Of a DNA stretch of 64,000 nucleotides, positions 1 to 9,040 are shown one piece after another; the stretch's first letter is position 1; every line of letters starts with the position of its first letter. The stretch lies in the sequence record PV660452; one strand, written 5' to 3'. Position numbers and translations under genes: made by a program. Source of the stretch: Escherichia phage LF82-9. Under the pieces are notes generated by a model. That model worked only from the letters and a program-made list of their open reading frames with translations. It had not been told where the DNA came from and made no database searches.

Positions 1-498
1 AGAATACTTAGGACGAGTTAGACCAGAATCTTCAACTTTATTATAGCCATTGATAACAATTTTACCATCTTTATTTGTAATAGCAATTGTATCAATCTGA
101 AGACCACGTGAAACTCGAAGCAATTGTTGAAGGTCTTCAGCTTTAATTTCAGTAATCACAGAAGCCACTGGGAATTGAATTGGCTTATTAGGAAAAACAA
201 TGGTGCTCTTGTCGGCAGCAGGCCAATAAACTGTGGAACGTGTGTCCGCAATTTTAATATTGCCATCAGTGTGCATTGAAATTTCAGCATCGTCAGACAC
301 TAGACTCAAAATGCTTAAGAAGCTATTCAAATCATAAAGTGCTACGTCAAAATCAATTTCATCAGAGATATTTGCTTCCGCATAAGTGGTGCCATTAACT
401 GCACGAGTCATAATAAATTTACCTTGACTCAGCAGAATGCCGGAGTTAATAGAGGCAAAGTTTTTCAGAATAGCGATAGTATCTTTAGACAGTTTCAT
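1..498 (-). CDS. 45: Sliding clamp gp45, N-terminal portion; gene continues beyond window start
   Basis: Minus-strand translation from ATG at 498 reads MKLSKDTIAILKNFASINSG..., matching the T4 gp45 N-terminus from memory; SD AAGGAAA upstream. Confidence 0.85.
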   Translation of the reverse strand, partial: MKLSKDTIAILKNFASINSGILLSQGKFIMTRAVNGTTYAEANISDEIDFDVALYDLNSFLSILSLVSDDAEISMHTDGNIKIADTRSTVYWPAADKSTIVFPNKPIQFPVASVITEIKAEDLQQLLRVSRGLQIDTIAITNKDGKIVINGYNKVEDSGLTRPKYS

Positions 499-540
499 TT
501 TATTTCCTTTCAAGACAATTCAAAGTTTATAACAAATTTA

Positions 541-957
541 TTATGCAGCAACCATCTGCTTTTTAATAGCTTCAGGCAGTGATTCAATATATTCTGGAAT
601 TTTAGAAGCAACAATTTCGCCAGCTGCAATTAATTGTTCATCGGCATCAACGCAGTAGAAATCTTCCAGGCGCTCAGAACCATCTTTATCAAGAACGATT
701 TTTCCACCTGCTTCAATAGAATCTTTAAAGTGCTTACGCATCAGATGAATCCACATATCAGATACATCGTTATCAATAAAACCATAAATCATAAAACGAG
801 TTTCTTGTGGCAAAGATTGAAGCTTTTTAGCACTTGCGTCATCACAATGCAGGACCCATGCTTTACGAACACGATTATGGTTATGCGGGTTAGCGTCAGT
901 ACGGATAGAAGTAACTTTCAGATCAGCAGCAGTGAAACCTTTAGCAGTAGTAAACAT
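541..957 (-). CDS. Hypothetical 138 aa protein at the position of T4 rpbA (RNA polymerase-binding protein); identity not verified
   Basis: ORF track; ATG at 957 with upstream GAGAGAAA; sits between genes 46 and 45 as rpbA does in T4. Confidence 0.5.
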   Translation of the reverse strand: MFTTAKGFTAADLKVTSIRTDANPHNHNRVRKAWVLHCDDASAKKLQSLPQETRFMIYGFIDNDVSDMWIHLMRKHFKDSIEAGGKIVLDKDGSERLEDFYCVDADEQLIAAGEIVASKIPEYIESLPEAIKKQMVAA

Positions 958-969
958 ATTATTTCTCTC

Positions 970-1158
970 TTATTCGTAGAAGTCAGTAACTGTCCATGCG
1001 GAATTGCGATTAGACATTATTTTATTATACTCATCTTTAAAAGCAGATTTGAGCATTTGTTCAGTAACAATATGTTCTTCACCTGAAAACGTATTGGTCA
1101 AAACATATTTTTTAATTTCAGGGACAACAAGAAGATGTTGTCCGGTTGAATACTCCAT
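970..1158 (-). CDS. Hypothetical small protein (62 aa from second ATG)
   Basis: ORF track 970..1170; start moved to ATG at 1158, which has SD GGAG 6-7 nt upstream. Confidence 0.45.
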   Translation of the reverse strand: MEYSTGQHLLVVPEIKKYVLTNTFSGEEHIVTEQMLKSAFKDEYNKIMSNRNSAWTVTDFYE

Positions 1159-1212
1159 GTTGTTCTCCATTTAATTTGATGTGGTCATTATAACCACATC
1201 GTGTTAAAGCGT

Positions 1213-2901
1213 TTATGAAACAGTCATTACAGTAAATCGTCCAACTTTACTCATCTGAAGATGTTGTCCATAACGTTGAGGGTCATGGTCTCGATGAGAG
1301 ATAATGAACACGTTAGTATTTTGTAAACTTCCAAGAATGGTATCTATAGCCTTAACAGCTTCAGAATCTACAGCGCCGTCAAAAACCTCATCAAGAATCA
1401 ACGTGTTGATTTTAACACCAGAAACTTTTTCAGCAATATCTCGCCATGTAAACAACAATGCGATATCGATACGTGCCTTTTCACCTTGACTAAATGAAGC
1501 ATAACTAAAATCTTCACGACCACGTGATTTTATAGATTCATTGAATTCTTCGTCAATAGAAAACACATAATCAGCTTCCATGATTTTAAGGTAATGGTTA
1601 ATCTGCTTGTTGAACAGAGGCACATATTTTTTAATGATAGCACCTTTAATACCAGAATCTTTTAACATATCTGTTATAATACCACGATGGTATTTTTCAA
1701 GAACGTTATCCGATTTTGTTTTAATGATTTTATCAAGTTCTTTTTGAAGCAAAGCTATCTCATCGGCATGGTCGATAAATTCCGCCGAGGCTTGTTCTAT
1801 TGCAGCTTTAACTTTCTTAGCTTTATCAATAGTGGCAATCATTGCTTGTTTCTTGGTACGAATATCAGATGCAAGGTCCTGTTTAGTCTTAACATTAGCT
1901 CTATATTCGTCCACTAGGACACTCAGATTATCTCTGTGACAGGTAAGTTGCTCGAATGAGTGATTACATTCATGAAGCTTATCGGTAATCTTAGAGACAA
2001 TAGGATCACCCTGGTGCAACTGTGATGCACAAGTAGGACATGTGCCACCGTCATGATACATCTTAATAACTTTGTTGTATGAGTCGATTTTAGATTTAAT
2101 CAAGAATGCTTCTTGTCCTATCTTGTTGAATGCCTCAGTAGGGTCTTCATCAAGAACGATATTAAGTAGTCGCTCATTAGCTTCTTCGATTTCCGCTTTT
2201 AATGAACGAGCTTCTTTGGCTAGGTCGTCATACATATTCTGTAGACGCGCTACATTATCACCAGATAATTTCTTTTGACGTTCGATATTCTCGTTATAAA
2301 TCTTAATTTGTTGGATAACACCATCTTTCTTAGCATCGAGAACTTGTCCCTGGGAATTAAGTTCTCGAACTTGAGACTTATTGATTTTATCCATTTCAGC
2401 GAGTGTGCCGACTTCTAAAAGGTCTTCGACAAGTTTTCTACGAGCAGGGGTGCTAAGAGCCATGAAAGGGGTATACCCTGCCGTCCCAAGCACAACGATC
2501 TGTTTAAAAGACGCGTATGACATTCCGATGCTACGTTCAAATTCTTCTTGGAAGTCACGACTGCTGGCAGATTCATCGAGACGAACACCGTCAACGGAGA
2601 TTTCGAAAATATTGGGCTTTTGGCCTCGTTTAATGAAGTATTTTTTATCATCGAATTCCATCCAAAGCTCAACTAAGAGCTCTTTCTTGTTCGTGCTATT
2701 AATGATTTGTCCTTTCTTAACATCACGAAATGGTTTACCGAAAAGTCCGAAAGTAATGGCTTCTAACATCGTAGATTTACCACCGCCATTTTTACCAGTG
2801 ATTAATGTCTTTTGGACTTTATCTAATTGGATATCAATAGGATTCCCACCTACCGACATGATGTTTTGATAACGAACACGATTTAATTTAAATGATTTCA
2901 T
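1213..2901 (-). CDS. 46: Recombination endonuclease subunit gp46 (Rad50/SbcC-like ATPase)
   Basis: 562 aa; N-terminus MKSFKLNRVRYQNIMSVG and Walker A GKNGGGKST match T4 gp46; coiled-coil middle; C-terminal FIISH motif. Confidence 0.92.
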   Translation of the reverse strand: MKSFKLNRVRYQNIMSVGGNPIDIQLDKVQKTLITGKNGGGKSTMLEAITFGLFGKPFRDVKKGQIINSTNKKELLVELWMEFDDKKYFIKRGQKPNIFEISVDGVRLDESASSRDFQEEFERSIGMSYASFKQIVVLGTAGYTPFMALSTPARRKLVEDLLEVGTLAEMDKINKSQVRELNSQGQVLDAKKDGVIQQIKIYNENIERQKKLSGDNVARLQNMYDDLAKEARSLKAEIEEANERLLNIVLDEDPTEAFNKIGQEAFLIKSKIDSYNKVIKMYHDGGTCPTCASQLHQGDPIVSKITDKLHECNHSFEQLTCHRDNLSVLVDEYRANVKTKQDLASDIRTKKQAMIATIDKAKKVKAAIEQASAEFIDHADEIALLQKELDKIIKTKSDNVLEKYHRGIITDMLKDSGIKGAIIKKYVPLFNKQINHYLKIMEADYVFSIDEEFNESIKSRGREDFSYASFSQGEKARIDIALLFTWRDIAEKVSGVKINTLILDEVFDGAVDSEAVKAIDTILGSLQNTNVFIISHRDHDPQRYGQHLQMSKVGRFTVMTVS

Positions 2902-3152
2902 ATGTATTCTCTTCGAATGAAGTCCTCTACATATTTTAACATGTCATCCCTATCAGCAAAATATTCATCTAGTTCTGCATACATAACAACACCTGGTGCG
3001 TACTCACAGGTAACATACATTGTTCCAAAGAAACGAGGAGTTGATTCCTCGTAATTCTCAGTCCATTCAACGATACCAATATAACCGTCACCAATACTAA
3101 ATTCATGACGATGGATTTCATAATCAGTCTTCGTCATTATACGCATCCTCAA
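2898..3152 (-). CDS. Hypothetical acidic protein (84 aa), translationally coupled between 47 and 46
   Basis: ORF track; 4-nt overlaps with both neighbours. Confidence 0.5.
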   Translation of the reverse strand: MRMRIMTKTDYEIHRHEFSIGDGYIGIVEWTENYEESTPRFFGTMYVTCEYAPGVVMYAELDEYFADRDDMLKYVEDFIRREYI

Positions 3153-3381
3153 TACACGCTTCAGCCATTTTAAGAATAGAGCCAGGAGTATCGTTGTCCA
3201 TTATATTAAAGCTAAATTCAACAGCCCAGTCGGTGCAGACATGAACTGCTTTAACTTCATTGCCTTCAACACGTAATGGCTCAATCCAATACTTGATAGT
3301 GTTCTCGAATCCATCATCATCTTTAACGTCTATTTCAACTTCAAGCCCGAGCCCAGCATTGTTAAATTCATCTAAAGTCAT
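3124..3381 (-). CDS. Hypothetical acidic protein (85 aa) between 47 and 46
   Basis: ORF track; start overlaps the gp47 stop. Confidence 0.5.
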   Translation of the reverse strand: MTLDEFNNAGLGLEVEIDVKDDDGFENTIKYWIEPLRVEGNEVKAVHVCTDWAVEFSFNIMDNDTPGSILKMAEACIEDAYNDED

Positions 3382-4397
3382 TGTGTTGCCTCAATATAAA
3401 GTTCGTTGGAATATTTAACCAGCGCTTCTCTGTCTTCGTTTGAGATATCTGGAATCGCGTCAATATATTCTTTAATGATATCTTGAAGTGATTTAATCTC
3501 GATTTCCTGGTCGTCATCAGATTCAACACTGTTATCAACTTTAGAAACCATACGAAGAGAGTGAACTACTTTTTCAAGTTCAGATTCAAATTTAGTCAAC
3601 TCTGAATCAATTTCTGATACTATAACACGTACGGCTAGATTAGTATAATCAGAATAATTGATTTTGCCTTTAAATGGATAAGTGATTCGTCGATGCCATG
3701 TTGTTTCATTAGGAATAAATTCCATACGTTCAACATCAGTGTCAAATACCCAGAATCCGCGAGGGTCGTTCTCGTCACCTGCAGTAAGGGTCCATGGTGT
3801 CCCAATATATTTGACGTTAGCAGCTTCAGAGATTGTGTGGAAGTGGCCAGACCAGACTTGTTTATAGGTCTTTAAGAAATCAGGTTCAAGCCCATGAGAC
3901 TTCATTCCTTTATAGAAATAAAAGCCGTTCAGTTCCCAGTGGCCAACACAATACGCGGCAGAAGAAGTCTTGATGTGCTCTAAGATTTCACCTGTATTTT
4001 CTTCACACATCCATGGAACGATATCAATCAGACATCCGTCAAAATCTACAGTAGTTGGATGCTCGTAAATAGTAAAGTTTTCAAATTGAGTCAACAATTC
4101 AGAAACAGTGTTAGGTGTTATTGTATTCTTAAACGCCATGTCATGGTTTCCTATCGTGACATGAACGTGAATGCCTGCTTTAGAAATCATATCAACGATT
4201 TCACGATTGAATTCCATTGTACGATGTGTTATTGCTTTACGGACGTCAAACCAATCACCGTACTGAATCCAAGTTTTAATCCCGTGTTTCTTAGAGTATT
4301 CAATTGCTTGACGAATACCATCACGTTGAATATCTTGGACCCATGGGTCGTCTTGTTTGACTCCGATATGGAAGTCGCCTAAGTGCAAAATTTTCAT
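3378..4397 (-). CDS. 47: Recombination endonuclease subunit gp47 (Mre11/SbcD-like nuclease)
   Basis: 339 aa, same length as T4 gp47; phosphoesterase motifs GDFH, GDWFD, GNHD, GHWE, GHFH. Confidence 0.92.
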   Translation of the reverse strand: MKILHLGDFHIGVKQDDPWVQDIQRDGIRQAIEYSKKHGIKTWIQYGDWFDVRKAITHRTMEFNREIVDMISKAGIHVHVTIGNHDMAFKNTITPNTVSELLTQFENFTIYEHPTTVDFDGCLIDIVPWMCEENTGEILEHIKTSSAAYCVGHWELNGFYFYKGMKSHGLEPDFLKTYKQVWSGHFHTISEAANVKYIGTPWTLTAGDENDPRGFWVFDTDVERMEFIPNETTWHRRITYPFKGKINYSDYTNLAVRVIVSEIDSELTKFESELEKVVHSLRMVSKVDNSVESDDDQEIEIKSLQDIIKEYIDAIPDISNEDREALVKYSNELYIEATQ

Positions 4398-4443
4398 ATT
4401 ATTTCCTCATTAGTTAATTCATTCTATCATCCGTTTATAAAGC

Positions 4444-4467
4444 AAAAAAGGAACTCCGAAGAGTTCC
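4444..4467 (-). terminator. Intrinsic terminator hairpin (GGAACTC-ttcg-GAGTTCC) plus U-run on the minus-strand transcript
   Basis: Perfect 7-bp inverted repeat at 4450-4467 followed on the minus strand by TTTTTT (plus-strand AAAAAA 4444-4449). Confidence 0.6.
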
Positions 4468-4640
4468 TATCCACATAGTACACCGTACAGAGGCTCATTT
4501 GAACTTTTAAATCGAATGGGCTTGTACGTAATAGTTCCTTCGGCTTTAGCTTTATCATAAGACTCTTTAAAACGTCTCATTCTTTCTGCTTTGCCTTTAC
4601 GGATTTTATCGAAATTTTCAGAAGTCGGGATGTTCGTCAT
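4467..4640 (-). CDS. Hypothetical small basic protein (57 aa); below the ORF-track size cutoff
   Basis: Manual translation MTNIPTSENFDKIRKGKAERMRRFKESYDKAKAEG...; SD GAGGTG upstream; terminator directly after the stop. Confidence 0.45.
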   Translation of the reverse strand: MTNIPTSENFDKIRKGKAERMRRFKESYDKAKAEGTITYKPIRFKSSNEPLYGVLCG

Positions 4641-4679
4641 GCATAAGCACCTCTCAGAAAATGCCTAAATCGATTTCTC

Positions 4680-4901
4680 TCATCGTTTCCACCATTTCTT
4701 AACTTGAAATGAATCAACCCACACGAGTTGTTTTGGGTCTGCCTTTACAATAGGCGGACAAATTTCTGTAATAGAACCGTCGTGATATTCCTTTTCGGAA
4801 ATTTTAACACAAAGAGGACCTCCCAATTTAAGGGAGAACCCTGCGTTCAGCTTCAGACGTTTAAACTTTGTTTGAACTAGCGCCATTAATGATGTCCTCA
4901 A
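4680..4901 (-). CDS. Hypothetical protein (73 aa)
   Basis: ORF track only; start uncertain. Confidence 0.35.
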   Translation of the reverse strand: MRTSLMALVQTKFKRLKLNAGFSLKLGGPLCVKISEKEYHDGSITEICPPIVKADPKQLVWVDSFQVKKWWKR

Positions 4902-5184
4902 TAGCCTGACGAGTAGTAATCCACTGGATTTTAATTAACTTGTCATTGTATGGTTGTCGTAGAATATCCCGAGATTTCTTAATAGCATATTCGTAAGCTT
5001 CGAAGTTGTTTTGAATTGCTGCTTCTTGAGCATGTGCATAAAGACGGTTTAGTTCAAAACGATTCTTTTTAAGAATCTTTTCGGATTTTTTACGTGCTTC
5101 AGCTTCATTTTTCTTTTGGATTTCTTGTAGCATTTTAGCTACTGCATCTTCTGCTTCTTTATTTTCAATAATCTCGGTAGTCAT
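4861..5184 (-). CDS. Hypothetical protein (107 aa), K/E-rich helical
   Basis: ORF track; lies where alpha-glucosyltransferase sits in T4. Confidence 0.45.
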   Translation of the reverse strand: MTTEIIENKEAEDAVAKMLQEIQKKNEAEARKKSEKILKKNRFELNRLYAHAQEAAIQNNFEAYEYAIKKSRDILRQPYNDKLIKIQWITTRQAIEDIINGASSNKV

Positions 5185-5185
5185 A

Positions 5186-5401
5186 TTATCTCATTAAATT
5201 AAAATAAAAACGTCCATCCTCTTCAATACAGAACTCGTACTCAACTGGAGTCCCATTTATTGAAAATGACACGTCATGTGGGTTCAAAGGGTCGATGTCA
5301 AAATTAATTTTAAATTCACGACCCAACAGTTTTACCAAATAAGGGATTGCTTCGTCAAAAGGTTCTTCTAAGTAGTTAGAGATGTCAATTGTCATCCTCA
5401 T
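5186..5401 (-). CDS. Hypothetical protein (71 aa)
   Basis: ORF track 5186..5479 trimmed to the internal ATG (MRMTIDIS...) so it no longer overlaps gene 55. Confidence 0.4.
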   Translation of the reverse strand: MRMTIDISNYLEEPFDEAIPYLVKLLGREFKINFDIDPLNPHDVSFSINGTPVEYEFCIEEDGRFYFNLMR

Positions 5402-5942
5402 ATAAAAAATCCAAACTAGGCGAATCGCTAACAACTTCCTTCTTTTCAGCCCCAGGAGCTTTATAAGCGGATTCTTCATAATGCGTCATTTTATCGTAGA
5501 TGTCTTGAATAAACGTTTCATCTACCAACGCTACCATATCATCGTCATGACTGTCGTAGACATTATGAACGAAGTAACTATATTTCTTTGCAACTTCCTT
5601 ACGTTCTTTTTTGATACGTTGGACAAAAGCATTAAAACAAGCTCGAGTTATGTATGCATGTGGGTTATTGTACTTAGTTTCGTCGAAATTATGAAGTCCC
5701 TTAATAGAGGCTTCAATCCCATCTGCAATCATCTCCTGCTTCCAAGACTGGGTATATCCTGAAAAGTTGAAACGTTTGGACAGGCCTTCGGCGATAAGCA
5801 TAATTGCTAAACCGATGGTATCATTCTGACGAATAATTTTGTTTGGGTCTTTATTATTTAAGAGCTCCTTTTTCCACTCGATTATAGCGGCGAGAAGCTC
5901 TTTATTATTCACATAGTTATTTTTAGGTTTTTGTTCAGTCAT
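5385..5942 (-). CDS. 55: Late-transcription sigma factor gp55
   Basis: 185 aa from ATG at 5942 (SD AGAGG); sequence ...[23 protein letters not shown]...[39 protein letters not shown] matches T4 gp55 from memory. Confidence 0.9.
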   Translation of the reverse strand: MTEQKPKNNYVNNKELLAAIIEWKKELLNNKDPNKIIRQNDTIGLAIMLIAEGLSKRFNFSGYTQSWKQEMIADGIEASIKGLHNFDETKYNNPHAYITRACFNAFVQRIKKERKEVAKKYSYFVHNVYDSHDDDMVALVDETFIQDIYDKMTHYEESAYKAPGAEKKEVVSDSPSLDFLYEDDN

Positions 5943-5963
5943 AAGTACCTCTTGGCTCAATTC

Positions 5964-5996
5964 ATAGGTCTATTATATCATAATATTTAGAGACCT
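5964..5996 (-). promoter_or_regulatory. Stem-loop-embedded TATAAT element upstream of gene 55 (promoter-stem-loop cassette; -35 weak)
   Basis: 8-bp inverted repeat ATAGGTCT/AGACCTAT enclosing minus-strand TATAAT. Confidence 0.35.
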
Positions 5997-6014
5997 ATCT
6001 TAAAGCACGAGATA

Positions 6015-6284
6015 CTATCGGAGCAAACAATAAGCCTGGAATACTTTTTCCATTAAACGTTTGAACTCATGGATATCGATATAAAGCTCGGTTAATCCAG
6101 CTCCATAAAGAAAATCTAAAAAGTTCTCATGTGTTTCGTTATAGTCGCCTTCGTTTAATTGAGATACATGAGTTTCCCAAAAACCGACACCTTTAACAAA
6201 TGGAAAATACGTAACTTTCATAAAGTTGTCGACGTAAAATTCGCCCAGCTTTTCTTCAGTTATACTGATTCGAGTTAATTTCAT
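6015..6284 (-). CDS. Hypothetical protein (89 aa)
   Basis: ORF track; coupled 4-nt overlap with the upstream gene. Confidence 0.45.
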   Translation of the reverse strand: MKLTRISITEEKLGEFYVDNFMKVTYFPFVKGVGFWETHVSQLNEGDYNETHENFLDFLYGAGLTELYIDIHEFKRLMEKVFQAYCLLR

Positions 6285-6508
6285 TCTAGTTCCTTTGCTG
6301 CAAATAAGGCAGCATCCAATGAATCAAATTGGTCAACGAAATCAATATTCAACGCATCGTCAACCGTAGCATATAACCACCATTGTTTGAATTCGTATTC
6401 TAGAATAAATCCAGGACCTTCAATCTGAGGAAGACCTAGGCTATTTGTACCAACTTCGTAACCAGCTAGACGCAGGTCATTAATCAAAGTTTCTGTTAAT
6501 ACGCTCAT
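6281..6508 (-). CDS. Hypothetical acidic protein (75 aa)
   Basis: ORF track. Confidence 0.45.
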   Translation of the reverse strand: MSVLTETLINDLRLAGYEVGTNSLGLPQIEGPGFILEYEFKQWWLYATVDDALNIDFVDQFDSLDAALFAAKELE

Positions 6509-6837
6509 TTTGCCGCCTTAACAATTTTCAGGTCAACGAATTTTTTCTTACGTTGATTTTTCATACGACGGATAGTCTTTTCAGAGATTTCATGTTTCTG
6601 ATAAGCTTTAGATTCAACACCAAATGCAGCAACGTCAAATTCAGAAAGAATATATTGTACTAGAATTTCACGAATAGAATTACGTCCAATTTTCTGGTCG
6701 TGTTTTTGCATGATTTCATAAAGACGGAATTCCCACGCGTCAAGAACTTGAGGAGTAACAATACCACCTTTTTCTAGAAGACTAACAACTTTATCGAAAG
6801 CGAAAGAGTTCACTACGTTTTTGATTTTAGTAGACAT
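6505..6837 (-). CDS. Hypothetical protein (110 aa from ATG MSTKIKN)
   Basis: ORF track 6505..6876 begins at a TTG; ATG at 6837 is preceded by GAGGAAAATAAT. Confidence 0.5.
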   Translation of the reverse strand: MSTKIKNVVNSFAFDKVVSLLEKGGIVTPQVLDAWEFRLYEIMQKHDQKIGRNSIREILVQYILSEFDVAAFGVESKAYQKHEISEKTIRRMKNQRKKKFVDLKIVKAAK

Positions 6838-6868
6838 ATTATTTTCCTCTGTTATTTTATTATCCAAC

Positions 6869-6905
6869 GAGAGCATTATACTCTGCTCTCAAGAGTTTGT
6901 GCGTT
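6869..6905 (-). promoter_or_regulatory. Promoter-stem-loop cassette (TATAAT inside 7-bp stem GAGAGCA/TGCTCTC); near-identical copy at 36955-36998
   Basis: Minus-strand TATAAT; 44-nt segment repeated with one mismatch 30 kb away. Confidence 0.45.
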
Positions 6906-7143
6906 ATTTCGTGATAAGATAATGTAAATAGTTTGCTTGACGAACACTGATATCAACACCCATATCAAAGATACCTTTATAGAACGGGTATTTGTTTTCA
7001 GTAGAATCTAGACTAAAAGCCTTTCCGCCACAACTAACGGTAATAGCATCAGTTAAAGTGTCATATACAAACTTAATAGTTGAGCCGTTCACTACAACTT
7101 CAAGACGTTTTTTCGATGTAATAATGTCTAATTCTTGTTCCAT
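6904..7143 (-). CDS. Hypothetical protein (79 aa)
   Basis: ORF track. Confidence 0.45.
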   Translation of the reverse strand: MEQELDIITSKKRLEVVVNGSTIKFVYDTLTDAITVSCGGKAFSLDSTENKYPFYKGIFDMGVDISVRQANYLHYLITK

Positions 7144-7198
7144 GATATTCTCCTCAAATTGGTAGGAAGAAGTGTTATCTTCCTACCATCATAAACTA

Positions 7199-7411
7199 TT
7201 AACCGAACTTTTTAGCGCCTTTCCAGCCTTCGTACATAATTGCGCAAGTCAATAGCACAGCATGTTGGCATTCTTTGTATTTGTAAATCCAGAACCAGCG
7301 TAAAAAGTCTTCATCCTCAACACCGTTGAGTTTCATATTGGCAAAGAATTCGGCACGTTCTTCACGAAGCTTTTGCGATAACATAGATTCAGGATTCATT
7401 TTGTATTCCAC
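7199..7411 (-). CDS. Hypothetical protein (70 aa)
   Basis: ORF track. Confidence 0.45.
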   Translation of the reverse strand: MEYKMNPESMLSQKLREERAEFFANMKLNGVEDEDFLRWFWIYKYKECQHAVLLTCAIMYEGWKGAKKFG

Positions 7412-7530
7412 GCCCCATTTTCATCGATGAACTTAATCCAGTCATTTACAGACCATTTAGTTGTATCACCCTTTGGATTAACATTTAAAGTATATAATCC
7501 TTGCTTAAAAAGCATTCGTTTGATATTCAT
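7396..7530 (-). CDS. Hypothetical small protein (44 aa)
   Basis: ORF track 7396..7623 trimmed to the internal ATG after the stop of the upstream gene. Confidence 0.25.
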   Translation of the reverse strand: MNIKRMLFKQGLYTLNVNPKGDTTKWSVNDWIKFIDENGAWNTK

Positions 7531-7537
7531 AATTTCC

Positions 7538-7831
7538 TCAACTGTAACGATAACATTCGTTAGCTTTACGTTTGGCTTCAGTATGAGAAGTATTATAATC
7601 ATACTCTTCTTTACTGTAAACATCTTTTTTCAACTTACGAACTTCTTTGCGGAGTTGTCGATTCATTTCATTCTTGACTTCAGAATCAACACCTTTCATA
7701 CGTTTCCATTTATCTGAGCGGAAGATGTTTTCAACCATGTCTTTGTGGCTAACACCGTCAGGAGCTTTACGCTTACCAAAATAGTCGTAATCGCGAACTT
7801 TCAAATCTTTACGACGATATGTTTTACCCAT
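7538..7831 (-). CDS. Hypothetical basic protein (97 aa)
   Basis: ATG at 7831 with SD GAGG; the ORF-track start at 7858 is non-ATG. Confidence 0.45.
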   Translation of the reverse strand: MGKTYRRKDLKVRDYDYFGKRKAPDGVSHKDMVENIFRSDKWKRMKGVDSEVKNEMNRQLRKEVRKLKKDVYSKEEYDYNTSHTEAKRKANECYRYS

Positions 7832-7838
7832 AAGTACC

Positions 7839-8087
7839 TCAGAGGTTGATTGATACAATGCGTTTGATAAAATTCACTTCACTTACTGAAAGGTCTTTAA
7901 GTCCGATTGATTCTAAACGCTGAGTAAGCGTCAACATCGGGATATAGTCCCAATGAGTTTTATTTGCTTGATAAGTACGGACGCCATTAGCAATTTCAAC
8001 ATGTAAATCGGAAATGGTAATGAATACCGGATGCTCGTCATTAACTTTAAGGGTTAGAACAACCTTCTTTGAATCTAAACTAATCAT
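7839..8087 (-). CDS. Hypothetical protein (82 aa)
   Basis: ORF track. Confidence 0.45.
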   Translation of the reverse strand: MISLDSKKVVLTLKVNDEHPVFITISDLHVEIANGVRTYQANKTHWDYIPMLTLTQRLESIGLKDLSVSEVNFIKRIVSINL

Positions 8088-8266
8088 GGCTTAATTTCCT
8101 TCGCAATTGAACAGAAGATACTACGGTCACAAAGCATTTCACCAATTTCTGGGTATTTGATTGAACGGTACCAAACATCCAGGCTTGAAACTCTGGTTAT
8201 CTGTACTGCATTACCGTTGACAGAATAGTACTGGTCAACCTTAATTTCTTTATCTTCAATTGTCAT
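8084..8266 (-). CDS. Hypothetical small protein (60 aa)
   Basis: ATG at 8266 with SD GAGGAAAA; ORF track gives a longer upstream extension. Confidence 0.4.
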   Translation of the reverse strand: MTIEDKEIKVDQYYSVNGNAVQITRVSSLDVWYRSIKYPEIGEMLCDRSIFCSIAKEIKP

Positions 8267-8294
8267 TTTGTTTTCCTCTATAGCAGATGGTTTA

Positions 8295-8323
8295 ATCTTA
8301 ACATATCTATCGAGGATGTAAAC
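8295..8323 (-). promoter_or_regulatory. Candidate early promoter (GTTTAC-N17-TAAGAT)
   Basis: Minus-strand GTTTAC -35 motif with a weak -10. Confidence 0.3.
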
Positions 8324-8416
8324 TGTTTTATGAAAATATTTTTGATTTGAGAGGGGCACAAGGAGATAGTGAAGTGAAGATTCCAATGGATTATATTAGA
8401 AATGAGATAAAGAAGA

Positions 8417-8431
8417 CCAGGCGGCACCTGG
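8417..8431 (-). terminator. Hairpin CCAGG-cggca-CCTGG directly after the redoxin gene stop, followed by a U-rich tract
   Basis: 5-bp perfect inverted repeat; minus-strand downstream sequence is U-rich. Confidence 0.4.
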
Positions 8432-8755
8432 TCAATCTTCTATGATATCAGAGTCGTATCCTAATGAAATCAAGGACTTTTTAAACTCTGCAATATTCTT
8501 TTGTTTCTTATCATTTAAAAATATGACAGGATAACGAATATTAAGTGAAGTGAATCCTGCACGTTTAGCAAGAGATACGATTAAAGGACGGTCATATTCA
8601 ATCTTACCATTATTAGTGAGGACTTTATAAAATGTATAAGGAGCATTGAGCTCCTTTAAAAGTTTTGTAACAGTATAACATCCTGGACAACGTCCAACTT
8701 CTTCAGGGATGCCATAAATTTCAATCTTGTTCTTTAAGTTCGAGTTTTGTTCCAC
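8432..8755 (-). CDS. Glutaredoxin/NrdH-like redoxin (107 aa, GTG start inferred)
   Basis: CPGC dithiol motif in a thioredoxin-fold-sized protein near nrdG/nrdD; GTG at 8755 with AAGGA upstream; ATG-only reading would overlap the upstream ORF. Confidence 0.5.
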   Translation of the reverse strand: MEQNSNLKNKIEIYGIPEEVGRCPGCYTVTKLLKELNAPYTFYKVLTNNGKIEYDRPLIVSLAKRAGFTSLNIRYPVIFLNDKKQKNIAEFKKSLISLGYDSDIIED

Positions 8756-9038
8756 GAGAAATAATTCCTTGGTAAGCCCAATAAGGAGGATTAACCGAAT
8801 CCTCACCCGAGTTTTCTTCAGGAAAATAAACCTGGATAACGAAGCCGGATTCATCAAATGTAAAATAAACTGTAGGCAGTTCACCTAACAATTCGGCACG
8901 AGCATTAATTTCTTCGAGGTCTTGTTCACGTCCAGCCCAAAAACTAGGATTTAGATTACATTCGTAAAAATAATAGTCATTACCGAACATATCAAACCCC
9001 TTCCAACTCTCTACCACGTACCGCTCAAAACTAATCAT
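8721..9038 (-). CDS. Hypothetical protein (105 aa)
   Basis: ORF track. Confidence 0.45.
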   Translation of the reverse strand: MISFERYVVESWKGFDMFGNDYYFYECNLNPSFWAGREQDLEEINARAELLGELPTVYFTFDESGFVIQVYFPEENSGEDSVNPPYWAYQGIISRGTKLELKEQD

Positions 9039-9040
9039 AA

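Noticed and set aside
634-2869. Plus-strand ORFs 634..1086, 1304..1489, 1687..1917, 2072..2278 and 2381..2869, antisense to rpbA-like and gene 46
   Set aside because: They sit wholly inside strongly supported minus-strand genes and encode low-complexity S/I/F-rich sequence typical of antisense frames in AT-rich DNA; the same applies to the other antisense ORFs in the track (e.g. 3682..3875, 4059..4382, 10888..11091, 14518..14805, 19171..19527, 34462..34938, 36286..36967).
5186-5479. Full-length 97 aa reading of ORF 5186..5479
   Set aside because: The first 26 codons overlap the 3-prime end of gene 55 in another frame; trimmed to the internal ATG at 5401.
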